Assembly (NCBI GenBank): GCA_001430755.1
Contig: CP013062.1
Span: forward strand, 60,001-92,000
Reading direction: 5' to 3'
From: Candidatus Peribacter riflensis
GTDB lineage: Bacteria; Patescibacteriota; Gracilibacteria; Peribacterales; Peribacteraceae
Length of the DNA stretch: 32,000 nucleotides
Under the pieces are notes generated by a model, which was not told the DNA's origin, made no database searches, and saw only the letters and a program-made list of their open reading frames with translations. Shown piece by piece: positions 1-11,687 of this stretch; position 1 is the stretch's first letter, and every line of letters starts with the position of its first letter. A program made the position numbers and the translations under genes.

Positions 1-470
1 ATGAAGACAGGGGGGAGACGGGAAGCGAAAATCGCAGTGAACGCCGTAGTGATGCGGCGAGGGTCTACAACATGGTGCAGTGTCGCTACAGGATGTGTCC
101 ACAACCGCAGCCATCCGAGGAGGAAGGGAAACGCATACAGACTGAGCGGTCCGCCGTAGTGATAGGTTTCGTGCTGAAAATGAACGACGTCGCAGTTACT
201 CCAGCGTACGCGCCAGGCGAGCGACAGCAGACTGAGTAGATTGCGCTTGAGCAGGGGACGGATGGTCAGAGCCCCCGACTCAACGGCGCTGGCCAATGAA
301 GGACGCAGGATGAGGGGCCGGCCCGCCTGCGAAGTGATGATTTGAATATGGAGAGAGGGATCCTGCTTGAGCATCGCTTCGATGAGGCTCAGGTTATATT
401 GAGCGAGGTTATAGCCGCACTCACGCGCGTCCGCAGTTTTCGGGCAATGGAAGATGGAAGTGATGTGCAT
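1..470 (-). CDS. glycosyltransferase, GT4-like N-terminal domain (partial; 3' end runs off the left edge; absent from the supplied ORF track)
   Basis: My own reverse-strand translation from ATG (470-468) stays open to position 1 (156 codons, no stop): MHITSIFHCPKTADARECGYNLAQYNLSLIEAML...NCDVVHFQHETYHYGGPLSLYAFPFLLGWLRLWTHPVATLHHVV. The VVHxQHE..YGG..P.V.T.HH pattern resembles the N-terminal Rossmann half of GT-B/GT4 enzymes. Confidence 0.55.
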   Translation of the reverse strand, partial: MHITSIFHCPKTADARECGYNLAQYNLSLIEAMLKQDPSLHIQIITSQAGRPLILRPSLASAVESGALTIRPLLKRNLLSLLSLAWRVRWSNCDVVHFQHETYHYGGPLSLYAFPFLLGWLRLWTHPVATLHHVVDPRRITTAFTAIFASRLPPVF

Positions 471-480
471 GTTTCATAAG

Positions 481-489
481 ATTATAGCA
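481..489 (-). promoter_or_regulatory. extended -10 promoter element (TGcTATAAT on the minus strand) for the GT4-like gene
   Basis: The minus strand reads ...aaaaattgTGcTATAATcttatgaaacATG. The hexamer ends 10 nt before the ATG at 470, implying a very short or absent leader. No good -35 at 17-bp spacing. Confidence 0.4.
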
Positions 490-635
490 CAATTTTTATG
501 TCAGCGCATTGCCTGTGCAGTAGGGAAGAAACGAACACAGTAGTCTGTCAATATTTGTGTTTCGACGGCTGGTTCCATCATACGGCACCGATCGAAATGT
601 TGGCTTCAGTAAGCCATTTCAGAGCTCTTCATGCG

Positions 636-3600
636 TTACGGAGTTCCGGCGTCATTTGTCCAGCCGAGCTCTTTCGCCTTTGCGAGGTAGATGAGGCGGA
701 AGAGATGGGATTTTTTCAGCAGGACCTCCGCAGTGGAGCCGGACTGCGGGAGGCCGATTTGCGAGAGCAGCTGCTGCTTTCTCTGTTCTGACATTTGATC
801 GGGATCCCCTGCAAAGAGAGAGAGGATAGTCGCAGGTTCCATTGTTTCGATGGGCAGATCCTTCTGCCAGATCGCCTTCAGAAGAGGGGCGTCAGATGCA
901 GACAGGGGTTTCTCTGCATCGACGATAAATTGGAAGGCATGATACGCAGACGATGGCTGAAGAGGAACGAGCTTGGGCTGGAGCAGCCCGTCAACGATCA
1001 GGTGCTGCACCGCTCTCGAGAGGACGGAATCGGCGTTCATGTCGCGGATGGGGTAGATGATCACCTTTTTCTCGATGAGTGCATGCTGGAAGGCGCGCAG
1101 ATGAACCGGATCTTTGAGCAGCTGAGCCGGAGAAACACCCTCTCTCAGGCAGTAGACGAGCAGGTGCCCCGCGGCCTGCCCGATGGCCATTTCGTTAATG
1201 TGGATGCGAAGCGCGCCATTCGCGAGCTGCGTGGCTCCCAGGATATTCGAAGCGAACACAAGATTTTCTGTCTCGCGCGAGATGAGCGAGCCGAGCTTGA
1301 GTGAAGAAGGGCGGGCGAACACGAGCAGGCGTCCCAGGGGGTGGGAATTCCCATTCAGAATGCCTTTGTCGGTGAAGTACTGCAGAAATGCAGAGATGCC
1401 TTTCGTCCCGTAGAATTCATCGAGGGTGTAGTACTGGTGCAGATCAATGCTGTAGTGAACGGCTGCAACTGCCCGTTGAGAGAGTTGGGCCTCTTGGTTT
1501 CGCTTCAGGCAGTACTGGCGATTCTCCACGAAGCTCACGCACGCTGCATCATTGCAGGCGTTCGGGTTCTCAGTGCAGGATTCCAAGGCGAGCGTGAGAT
1601 CCATTTCAGTCATTTGATCCAATGTTTTTGCTCTTCTACCCTCACGATAGTAGGGCTTGGTGGCGAAGAGATCCGAAGATCCAGGGAACATGCCCAGAAG
1701 GAGTGTCACACGTTTCATCGAACAGGTGAGATCGCGTTCGGCGTCACAATCGAAGAATGAATGATCGATGGGCATGATGTACTTCATCCAGTAGTAAAAT
1801 TGGTACGAGCGCTTGCGTGAGCCATCGACGATGTCGCTCGACTCGACACTGTCTGCCGGAACGGGGAAATAATCGTTGGAGGGTTCTGCAATGATGGTGG
1901 CGCCCATGGTGGAGCGGGCGACGGGGGAATGGATGTCTATCGGAAAAAGACCGGAGATCACCGATCCTGAAGACACGATATTTCTGAGGTGGAAGAGCCC
2001 TGCAGGCGCGCCTTTTACCGGTCGACCGATCATCATGCGATTGAGCCCGAATTGCCAGGAGTCGATGAGGTTGGGGATCTCTTCAAAGTACCAGATATCT
2101 TCTGCATCGCTCGGAAGTTTGGCCATGATCATCTTCGAAAGTCCCTGATGCAGGAATGGGCTCTTGGCGATGAGGGAGGCCAAAGAAGGAAACAGTGGAA
2201 TAGTCTGGTCTGCAAAGTCGGCATCGTCATGTTGGACGACGGCAGCGAAGGAGCTGTTTGCATCCGGGGTCTTCGATCCTCCCACAACAACCGACCATCG
2301 TCCCGGAGGCAAGGATGCAAGATCAACGGTGGCAGAACCGCTTCGAGCAGCGATCTTGCCATGATACGTGTCGGTCTGCAGAGAGGGGATCGCCATGACC
2401 TCGCTGGCGCCATTGGCAGTCAGGCTGTAAGAAGTGTGGAGGAAAGCCGTTCCTGCATACACAAACGCATTCGGACTTTGAAGCTTGATATCGCCCTGCA
2501 GGCCCCACATGGACGAGAGAGGTGATAGGACTTTGACAGAGGCGCTCGGGCCGCGGACCCATAGGTCGTACATACCCGGAACAGGCACCTGTTTGATGCT
2601 GGCGTTGTTCTGGTCCGATTGGCTGTAGAGCGCGTTCGTCGACGCCAATGTCTCGAGCGAGAGTGCCGGAGGAGTTTCCCAATCGGCAGCGGAATTCGTG
2701 AAGGGATCCAGTTCGAGCCGATAGAATGTTCCTGCAGTCAGGCGCAGGACTCTCAGGGGCTGCACGGTTCGATTGGGGTAACGAGGTTGCACACCCAGGG
2801 CCAGTATTTCTTTATTGGCCCTGCTCTCCCACAGTGCAATTTTGATCCATCGTTTCTGTTGCCAATGCACGCCGAGTACGTAATCGCCGCTCTCGGCCAC
2901 TGTAAAGTCCCAGGATGTTTTTTCCGGTTTGTTCTTGCCCCCGCTGGGGGATGGCGGCCGGAAGACGGAACGAGGATCGGGAAGACCCGTAGGAACGATC
3001 AGGATGTTTGTAACCGTTTTCTTGGTCTCGGGGGGGAGCAGGATCGTTCCTGTGGATTGGATGATCACGCCGCGGAGGAGATACGTATGCTTCCCTTCCC
3101 TTGTTGCGCTGTAGGGCACATCCCCGATGCTGATCTGTAACGCAGAACCGGTAGAGGTTTCGTCGCTGCTGATGAGGTAGACATCCGATGCCACAAAGGG
3201 GAAACCCGGCCGCTCGATGGCAATTTTCTCGGCGAAGGGGGCCGAGATCACCACAGGGGCATGGTGAAGATTGGTTTTGACCAGGATCATTCCCTCGACA
3301 GAAAGGCCGCTCGTTTGTGAGCTGAAGGAAAGGGAGGGAGCGTTGAGAGGGTCGATGAAAAACGTTCCCATCTTCACGAAACGCTCGCGTTCATCCATTG
3401 TTTTCGACAGATGCAGAGTGATATCCGGAGACGGCCAGTGGATGACGGCATCGACGGACCGGTTTCCATGGTTGATGAAGTACAGATCATACGTATCGCT
3501 GAAACCGGGAAGCAGGGTCATTTCTGCGGTGCACGCAGACTTCGTTGCCTGCAAAACTGTTCCGTTGACGATGAAGCTCTCGGCTGCCGCGGGGCTCCAA

Positions 3601-4433
3601 CATTCTTTATCCTGCAGTCGATCGATGGGGAAGAAATCTCCCGCATATCCTTTATCGAAGAGGATGAAGGGGGAGCTGACGGCCTGGACACGGTTCCCCC
3701 ATCCGGGGAATTGCGTCTTACCATCTTGGAGCCCATTCACGAAGGCATCGCGCACGACAGCCGGCAGGGCATTCGGCTCCTGTGTCTCTTCTTTCGTGTC
3801 GAATCCGACATCGAACGGCTCGTCTGCGGGCTTGAAGTAGTTGCCTATCGCCGTGGCGCCGACGAGGTAAGAAAAGCGCACACGCACCGTTTGTTGCGTT
3901 ACCATGTCTTCCAGGATTGCCTCCTTGAATGTGTTCTTTTCTTTGCGCCCTTCGACGAATCGGTGGCGTCTGAGGAGTGTAATGCGCGGATACTCGGAGA
4001 TTTTTTTGAGGAAGAAATCCTCAATATCCTGGGCCGGACTGGCCATTGCCCCCACCCGGGGACTCCCAAGGCCGGCTTTGCCATTGTTGTGCTTGCTGCG
4101 CAGATAGTCCTTCAATTCACCGTAGAGCCCCCAGTGTTCCCAGGGATTGTCTAAATCATCGAATGCGCTGATGCCCGATTCAACCGCCTGTCCGCCAATC
4201 ACAGAATTCTCTGTAGCCAGAATGACAGTCCTCCCGGCTTCTGCCAGCACAATGGCTGCGCTCAAGCCCCCCAGACTTCCGCCGAGAACCAACGCATCCG
4301 CTTCGATGGTTATTTTTGGGGAAGCCGCTCCGTTCGGTTCCGATTTATTGAAACGGATGAAGATTGCCGCCCCGATGACACCTGTCAGTGCCAACAGCGC
4401 CAGGAAGAATGTGAAACGGGGCAGACGGCTCAT
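636..4433 (-). CDS. large membrane-anchored FAD-dependent oxidoreductase family protein with a long inserted beta-rich region
   Basis: 1269-aa ORF (GTG at 4445; ATG at 4433 preferred). N-terminal signal anchor FTFFLALLALTGVIGAAIFI. Dinucleotide-binding motif DALVLGGSLGGLSAAIVLAEAGRTVILATE near the N-terminus. The C-terminal FAD-domain-like stretch NLVFASNILGATQLANGALRIHINEMAIGQAAG lies roughly 900 aa later. Confidence 0.7.
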   Translation of the reverse strand: MSRLPRFTFFLALLALTGVIGAAIFIRFNKSEPNGAASPKITIEADALVLGGSLGGLSAAIVLAEAGRTVILATENSVIGGQAVESGISAFDDLDNPWEHWGLYGELKDYLRSKHNNGKAGLGSPRVGAMASPAQDIEDFFLKKISEYPRITLLRRHRFVEGRKEKNTFKEAILEDMVTQQTVRVRFSYLVGATAIGNYFKPADEPFDVGFDTKEETQEPNALPAVVRDAFVNGLQDGKTQFPGWGNRVQAVSSPFILFDKGYAGDFFPIDRLQDKECWSPAAAESFIVNGTVLQATKSACTAEMTLLPGFSDTYDLYFINHGNRSVDAVIHWPSPDITLHLSKTMDERERFVKMGTFFIDPLNAPSLSFSSQTSGLSVEGMILVKTNLHHAPVVISAPFAEKIAIERPGFPFVASDVYLISSDETSTGSALQISIGDVPYSATREGKHTYLLRGVIIQSTGTILLPPETKKTVTNILIVPTGLPDPRSVFRPPSPSGGKNKPEKTSWDFTVAESGDYVLGVHWQQKRWIKIALWESRANKEILALGVQPRYPNRTVQPLRVLRLTAGTFYRLELDPFTNSAADWETPPALSLETLASTNALYSQSDQNNASIKQVPVPGMYDLWVRGPSASVKVLSPLSSMWGLQGDIKLQSPNAFVYAGTAFLHTSYSLTANGASEVMAIPSLQTDTYHGKIAARSGSATVDLASLPPGRWSVVVGGSKTPDANSSFAAVVQHDDADFADQTIPLFPSLASLIAKSPFLHQGLSKMIMAKLPSDAEDIWYFEEIPNLIDSWQFGLNRMMIGRPVKGAPAGLFHLRNIVSSGSVISGLFPIDIHSPVARSTMGATIIAEPSNDYFPVPADSVESSDIVDGSRKRSYQFYYWMKYIMPIDHSFFDCDAERDLTCSMKRVTLLLGMFPGSSDLFATKPYYREGRRAKTLDQMTEMDLTLALESCTENPNACNDAACVSFVENRQYCLKRNQEAQLSQRAVAAVHYSIDLHQYYTLDEFYGTKGISAFLQYFTDKGILNGNSHPLGRLLVFARPSSLKLGSLISRETENLVFASNILGATQLANGALRIHINEMAIGQAAGHLLVYCLREGVSPAQLLKDPVHLRAFQHALIEKKVIIYPIRDMNADSVLSRAVQHLIVDGLLQPKLVPLQPSSAYHAFQFIVDAEKPLSASDAPLLKAIWQKDLPIETMEPATILSLFAGDPDQMSEQRKQQLLSQIGLPQSGSTAEVLLKKSHLFRLIYLAKAKELGWTNDAGTP

Positions 4434-4488
4434 TGGTGGACACACTACTCCTTCCAGGAGATTCTTTCACTGCGGACACGGATGGGAC

Positions 4489-6282
4489 TTAAGAGCCGGA
4501 GAGCACTCCGGGGACAATCGATCCCGTGTAAATGAATGGCATGGTGGGGTAGGCAGACCGCAGGGCCCCGGAGAATTCACGGATTTCCGCCCGCGTGAAC
4601 TTGCGGGTCCGCTCAAAAATGCTGACTGTGACATTGTTTCTCAGTGGGAAACGATAGGGCAATCGACGATAGGCTTTGCCGATACCCTCGTTGTTCACTA
4701 TGCGCTCCAGAGGGAAGGCCACAGTGAGGGAGTACTGCTTGCTTGAAAAATACTGAGGTGGCTCAGGAATCACCACGTACTTTGCCTTGAAGAAGTTCGA
4801 GGGGAAGCCATCACTGAGATCGAAAGAGGCGGTGATGAACACCCGATCAGAGAGATCCGGCCCATCAGGGAACGTGAAGTGTTGATTGCGGAGCATTTCA
4901 TAATTAAGGATTCCAGTGAGGGAGAGGACGTAGATCGAGTCGTCTGTGCCATACGTGAGATCGGAGAGTGTTCGATGCAGACTCCGGAGGCTGTCGAGAT
5001 CCGTTTGCACGGCGGGTGCCCACTTTTCTTTTGAAGTCCATGGAACGAATTTTGATGTTTTTGCCATCACCGGCGGATAGAACACCGCGAGGAATAAAAA
5101 GCCGAACACGACGGTGGCAACGGCAGCGGTGGTACGAAACCAGCGGGAAACCTGCGCGATCCTGAAGAAAAAATACACCGAGAAGAGCAGGATCGTTGGC
5201 AGGAGCAGATAGAGATGCTGGTAAGCGAAACCCTGGTTCATTATTTGCAGGTACAACGCGATGATGTAGTGAATCATGAAGAAGGCAGCGATGAGCCGAA
5301 GACGCGGCTGAAAGAGAGCGAACAGCAATCCTGCAAGAGCGATGAGTAGAGAGATGTAACCGAACTGACCATGAGCGACTGCGATGGCCCGCAGCCATCC
5401 AAAATTAGGGATTTGGTATGGTGCGTAGAGTACGGAGTAATCGGTGGAGAGAGCCCGCCACGCAAAGGGCGTGGTCACGGCGAAGAGCAAGGTAGAGAAA
5501 ATGCCAATACTGCAGGAGAATTGCGCTATGGAACGCAGGGCAGAGCGCCAGTCCCGCTTTCGGAGAGCCAGGAACAAGATGAGGATCAGACGCGCTGCGT
5601 AATAAGCGGCAATCCAGATCAGGAACCAGCGACGGAACCGCGCCAGAAAGAATAACAGCACGCCGACTGTCACCTCGTCGCGCCACCGGAGGTTCGGAAA
5701 ACTCCTGAGCGTGAGAAAGAGAACCACGCAGACAATCGCAAGGCCGCCGACGGAGGGCATACCGGCGATGGAGGTGATCCAGAAAATCGGCGAAAGCAGA
5801 ATGGTCACCAGGGCGAGGAGTGAGCGGCCGAGCCGCGGAGCATCTGACTCGTTGGAGGCGGGGAGAGGATGAGCAAGCCCGATGAATATGTCGGCGAGCA
5901 GCACAAACGCGACAATGGATGGCACAGCGAAGGTATTCACAATTGCCAGGATGTACGCCAGCCGCGTGACCCCGAAGAGTGCAATGAAGGGGAGGAGGGG
6001 AACGACGGTGAAAGACGGGTAATCATCAATACGAAAGCCTCTCCAGGCCCAGTAGATTGCGTTCCATGGATCGGCGGCAAGATTCTTTTTGAGGCCAGCC
6101 AGCTGGGTCCAGTACCCGATGGAGTCGAAGTGATAGACGATGTGCTCGTGCAGGACGTACCAGAGAGCGAATCCGTTGGAGAGGGCAATGATCAAGAGCA
6201 AGAGAAAGATGCCCCACGACCATCGGTTTCCCCAGAAGCGCGAAGGGGTTTCAGTCGGCAGGGGTGTGGGAGAGGGGGCCAT
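4489..6282 (-). CDS. polytopic membrane protein, possibly a GT-C (ArnT/PMT-like) glycosyltransferase
   Basis: 598-aa ORF (GTG 6285 / ATG 6282). About 11-12 hydrophobic segments over the first ~400 aa, followed by a ~190-aa soluble C-terminal domain. The function is inferred from architecture only. Confidence 0.6.
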   Translation of the reverse strand: MAPSPTPLPTETPSRFWGNRWSWGIFLLLLIIALSNGFALWYVLHEHIVYHFDSIGYWTQLAGLKKNLAADPWNAIYWAWRGFRIDDYPSFTVVPLLPFIALFGVTRLAYILAIVNTFAVPSIVAFVLLADIFIGLAHPLPASNESDAPRLGRSLLALVTILLSPIFWITSIAGMPSVGGLAIVCVVLFLTLRSFPNLRWRDEVTVGVLLFFLARFRRWFLIWIAAYYAARLILILFLALRKRDWRSALRSIAQFSCSIGIFSTLLFAVTTPFAWRALSTDYSVLYAPYQIPNFGWLRAIAVAHGQFGYISLLIALAGLLFALFQPRLRLIAAFFMIHYIIALYLQIMNQGFAYQHLYLLLPTILLFSVYFFFRIAQVSRWFRTTAAVATVVFGFLFLAVFYPPVMAKTSKFVPWTSKEKWAPAVQTDLDSLRSLHRTLSDLTYGTDDSIYVLSLTGILNYEMLRNQHFTFPDGPDLSDRVFITASFDLSDGFPSNFFKAKYVVIPEPPQYFSSKQYSLTVAFPLERIVNNEGIGKAYRRLPYRFPLRNNVTVSIFERTRKFTRAEIREFSGALRSAYPTMPFIYTGSIVPGVLSGS

Positions 6283-6393
6283 CACGGTGTGCGGGAGAGG
6301 GAGCGTAAGGGCACCCCCGTTCCTTTCTGATTATCATGGAAAAACGTCCCGATGACAATTGCGCACGGTCCTTCATGGCACTGTGGCGCTGTT

Positions 6394-8937
6394 TCAGCGG
6401 CTCTTGCGCTGATGGAGCGGAGCGAGTGTGGCGCCGCGCACGGTCATGGTGCCGCCGGCTCCGCCGAATCCTACGGCCGGTCCGGCGAGTGGGGGACTAT
6501 CCTTTTCCTTGGTGAGATAGGGATTGCTATCAATCGTTGATGGGGCGACGAGGGTCGCTGACGCGAGGACGGTATTGCGCGCCTTCTCGATGAGGTTCGC
6601 GACGATGCGGACCTGCGGGCCCTCGGGCGTGATGGTGCCCTGACACACGTACTCCCGTCCGTCTTCCTGGATGAGGGGTTGGGTGCGGTGGAGGCGGAAC
6701 GGCGCATTTCCGGCTCTCTGGTCGAAGAGATCAGATCCACTGGCGTAGATGCCAGACCGGTACATTCCTCTCTTGGCGAAATCCGCGTTCATGTTCCCGT
6801 CCCACAGCAGACCGACGTGCCGGCCGGTGGGCAGTGGAACGAGGAAGGCGGCTCCTCCCTGCTGGGATCCGTTATCCGGCGTCCTGCCTGCTTCGGTGCG
6901 CGAGAAGGTGAACGAGAACGTGTAGGGTTTGCCGCTGCGCAGGATCTCCTGCGCTTCCTTTGTCAGGGGGACATGAATGAACGAAATCCATGAATGATGC
7001 CCCGATTTTCCTTCGAGCACCGGAGCGCCATTCACCTCCGAGACCTGCCATGCCGGCCGGAGGACATTGCTGCGCTGCATGAGGTCGGCGGGGCTGCCAC
7101 TGAGCAGGTTCACAGAACCGGGGAGATCCACCGTTTCTATCGAGGTCACAGGAAGAGTCGACTGGCCTGTCTGCCCCTCCTGAGGAGTGATGTGGAGGGC
7201 CAGTGGCAGAACCGCCCCATGTTTCTGCAGAATCGTGAGCCGCAGATCTTTGAGACGTGTGACGACAGCTGGTCCCGCGACTTTCTGCTTACCGATGTCG
7301 CAGCATTCAAGTGCGAGCGCGGCAACGCCGGGCTTGGCGGGATACGCTGTGAGGAGCTCTTGGGCAAACTCCAACAGTTCTTCTGCAGAGAGCATCGCGC
7401 GCCGGTCCGCGCGTGTGGCGAGGTCGCTCAGTGCGGTATCATCCGATTTGCGCAGATAGGCGGTCTGTGCGGCAGACCAGTCGCCGCGCTCGAAACAGGA
7501 AAACTCACCGACTGCCCGGTTCGCTGCGGGGTCGCCGGGAGTCTGCTCCAGAGTTTCGAGGTGCCCGGCGATGTTCTGCCGGATGTAGGTCGCCTCGAGT
7601 TTCGCCACGAAGCGCGTGGCTTCGGTCAGTTGCTGCTTGCTCGTGGAAGGGCGGCCCTGCAGGCGCGAGAGAAAGCGCTTCGCCTCTTCGAAGTTGGCGC
7701 CATCACAGAGATCCCGCGTCACCGTCTGTGCATGCTGCATGACCAGCGCCACGTTGCCATTCTTCTGTCCGGCGGCATCGCGTACGACGGAGGCCGCTTC
7801 GGCCAAGATCACCTCGTCGTCGTCAAATACCTCGCGCATTTCGCGGAGCGCGGCCATGGCGCCATCCAGATCTCCCTTGGCGCGTGCCCTCTGTTCCGCG
7901 ACACGGTAGAGCGCGCACTGTTCCGCCGCATCACGGCTGGCGCGTGCCTGTTCCAGAATTTCTCTGGCCGAGAGTTCGGCGAGTGTCGGGCTCTTGTGCA
8001 AATCTTTGAACGGGGCCAGCTCCTCGGCTGTGGGCATCGGAAGGCGGGCGGCGGGGTTCTGCTCCACAGAGGTTTTCGCTTCGGCTGGCTGAGCGGGAGC
8101 GGGAGACGCGGGGGCAATTTCCGGTTTGGCCGGAACAGTGGCAGGAGTGGGGAGCGACGCCACGGCTACCGGTTCCGCCGGTGTCTCGGCGGGTTTTTCC
8201 GGTTTCGGTTCCGGGGCGGGTGCCGCGGCAACCGGGGAAGGAACGTTCACCGCAACGGGTGTTGCGATTGGGGGCGTCGAATCAGGCGCTTTTGCGGGTT
8301 TCTCGATGGTTGCTGGCGGCAGGGTTTCGCTTTCGGGCATGTGCGCGACAGCCGCCGACACATCAGACTGCTTTGCCGTTTCATGCGGTCGTGTAGCCAT
8401 GAAGAGGGCTCCGGAACCCGCGAGGACGGCTGCGGAAATGCCGGTGACCAGAGGATTTTTCTTCACCCACGCAGCAATGCGCTGGAGCGGCTTCTTCTGC
8501 TCGACGGTGTGTTCCGGTAGGTTCTGCGCAACGGCTGAGCGCGTCGTGTGCGTCTGGTAGAACGCCACCAGTTCCGGATGTTGTGCAAACAGACTCTGGT
8601 TGTATCGCTTGCGCCGCTCGGGATCCGAAAGGCACTTATCCACTTTCTCTATGGCATCTGTGATGCTCTTCGCTTCGTCATGGTCGGGATTTTCCTCATG
8701 CAGGAGCGCCGAGAGCTGTACGATGCGGTCGGTGGCAGCGTCATGCACCCGCTCCGGAATATCGGCGTCGGCCGGGGTGATACCGAGCAGGCTGTAGTAG
8801 TTCAGCGATCCCTCAATGCCGAGCCACTCTCGCACATGTTTCGAGTGCAGGCTCTTGCCATTCCCATTGCCGTTCGGCCCGTGCTCATGCCTGTGGCTAT
8901 GCTCTTCTGGGTGGAACGTGCTAGCCATGCGGTACAT
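6394..8937 (-). CDS. membrane protein with His-rich N-terminus, J-like domain lacking the HPD motif, Pro/Ala-rich linker, helical region and C-terminal beta-sandwich-like domain
   Basis: 856-aa ORF from TTG 8964. ATG candidates at 8937 and 8928; aggaag lies 9 nt upstream of 8928. J-domain-like segment: YYSLLGITPADADIPERVHDAATDRIVQLSALLHEENPDHDEAKSITDAIEKVDKCLSDPERRKRYNQSL. One TM segment, LVTGISAAVLAGSGALFMA. Confidence 0.7.
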   Translation of the reverse strand: MYRMASTFHPEEHSHRHEHGPNGNGNGKSLHSKHVREWLGIEGSLNYYSLLGITPADADIPERVHDAATDRIVQLSALLHEENPDHDEAKSITDAIEKVDKCLSDPERRKRYNQSLFAQHPELVAFYQTHTTRSAVAQNLPEHTVEQKKPLQRIAAWVKKNPLVTGISAAVLAGSGALFMATRPHETAKQSDVSAAVAHMPESETLPPATIEKPAKAPDSTPPIATPVAVNVPSPVAAAPAPEPKPEKPAETPAEPVAVASLPTPATVPAKPEIAPASPAPAQPAEAKTSVEQNPAARLPMPTAEELAPFKDLHKSPTLAELSAREILEQARASRDAAEQCALYRVAEQRARAKGDLDGAMAALREMREVFDDDEVILAEAASVVRDAAGQKNGNVALVMQHAQTVTRDLCDGANFEEAKRFLSRLQGRPSTSKQQLTEATRFVAKLEATYIRQNIAGHLETLEQTPGDPAANRAVGEFSCFERGDWSAAQTAYLRKSDDTALSDLATRADRRAMLSAEELLEFAQELLTAYPAKPGVAALALECCDIGKQKVAGPAVVTRLKDLRLTILQKHGAVLPLALHITPQEGQTGQSTLPVTSIETVDLPGSVNLLSGSPADLMQRSNVLRPAWQVSEVNGAPVLEGKSGHHSWISFIHVPLTKEAQEILRSGKPYTFSFTFSRTEAGRTPDNGSQQGGAAFLVPLPTGRHVGLLWDGNMNADFAKRGMYRSGIYASGSDLFDQRAGNAPFRLHRTQPLIQEDGREYVCQGTITPEGPQVRIVANLIEKARNTVLASATLVAPSTIDSNPYLTKEKDSPPLAGPAVGFGGAGGTMTVRGATLAPLHQRKSR

Positions 8938-8986
8938 CTTCCTGCTGGAGCTCCGAATTGTCAAGTTTGCCTCACATCAGCCCATT

Positions 8987-11320
<2,334 letters not shown>

Positions 11321-11376
11321 TTATTCGCCTCTCGCTCAGCCTCTCTGCAGGTCCACCCACTGTTTCCCTCCTCAGT

Positions 11377-11613
11377 ATGATGATGACCGACGACATTCTG
11401 GCAACACTCGAAAAGATCGATCAGCAGATCGTGCGCCTGATCGCCGATCGCCGCGACCTCGTGGCGCAGGTGCCCGGGGGCCTGAGTGCCGATCAGGAGG
11501 TGGAGGCCATGAGTTTATGGATCGACGAGGCGGTGGAACGCGAACTCCCCGAGGATGCCATGGAGAAAATGGGCAAGATTTTGAGCCAGGTGTGCCGGAA
11601 GAGAGGGGAGTAA
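11377..11613 (+). CDS. small helical hypothetical protein (weak chorismate-mutase-type-II-like N-terminal pattern)
   Basis: 78-aa ORF with protein-like amphipathic sequence DDILATLEKIDQQIVRLIADRRDLVAQV. The overlapping alternative ORFs look like junk. No SD sequence, and the catalytic residues of AroQ enzymes are not evident. Confidence 0.4.
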   Translation: MMMTDDILATLEKIDQQIVRLIADRRDLVAQVPGGLSADQEVEAMSLWIDEAVERELPEDAMEKMGKILSQVCRKRGE

Positions 11614-11630
11614 TGCGGGGCTGCGCTTCA

Positions 11631-11659
11631 TTGTAAAATATGGCATAAAGATGTATAAT
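11631..11659 (+). promoter_or_regulatory. sigma70-type promoter: -35 TTGTAA, 17-bp spacer, -10 TATAAT
   Basis: ttgtaa (11631-11636), 17 nt, tataat (11654-11659), 29 nt upstream of the GT2 ATG at 11688. This is the only AT-rich patch between the upstream ORF and the GT2-rfbF-rfbG-pilT gene string. Confidence 0.6.
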
Positions 11660-11687
11660 TGTACTTACATACACACTTCCCCATCGT

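Noticed and set aside
498-1304. 97-aa and 169-aa plus-strand ORFs at the 3' end of the large oxidoreductase gene
   Set aside because: The 169-aa ORF and most of the 97-aa ORF lie antisense to a long uninterrupted minus-strand gene. There is no supporting start context or motif.
6994-8520. 508-aa plus-strand ORF
   Set aside because: It lies antisense to the 856-aa J-like gene. It is Arg/Gly/Cys-rich and low in complexity, as expected for a shadow frame in GC-rich DNA, and it has no motif.
11377-11613. Calling the 78-aa ORF a chorismate mutase
   Set aside because: Only the N-terminal helix pattern (L..ID..I..L...R..L) is reminiscent. The expected catalytic Arg/Lys positions are not evident and the protein is shorter than AroQ domains. 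It is kept as a hypothetical protein only.
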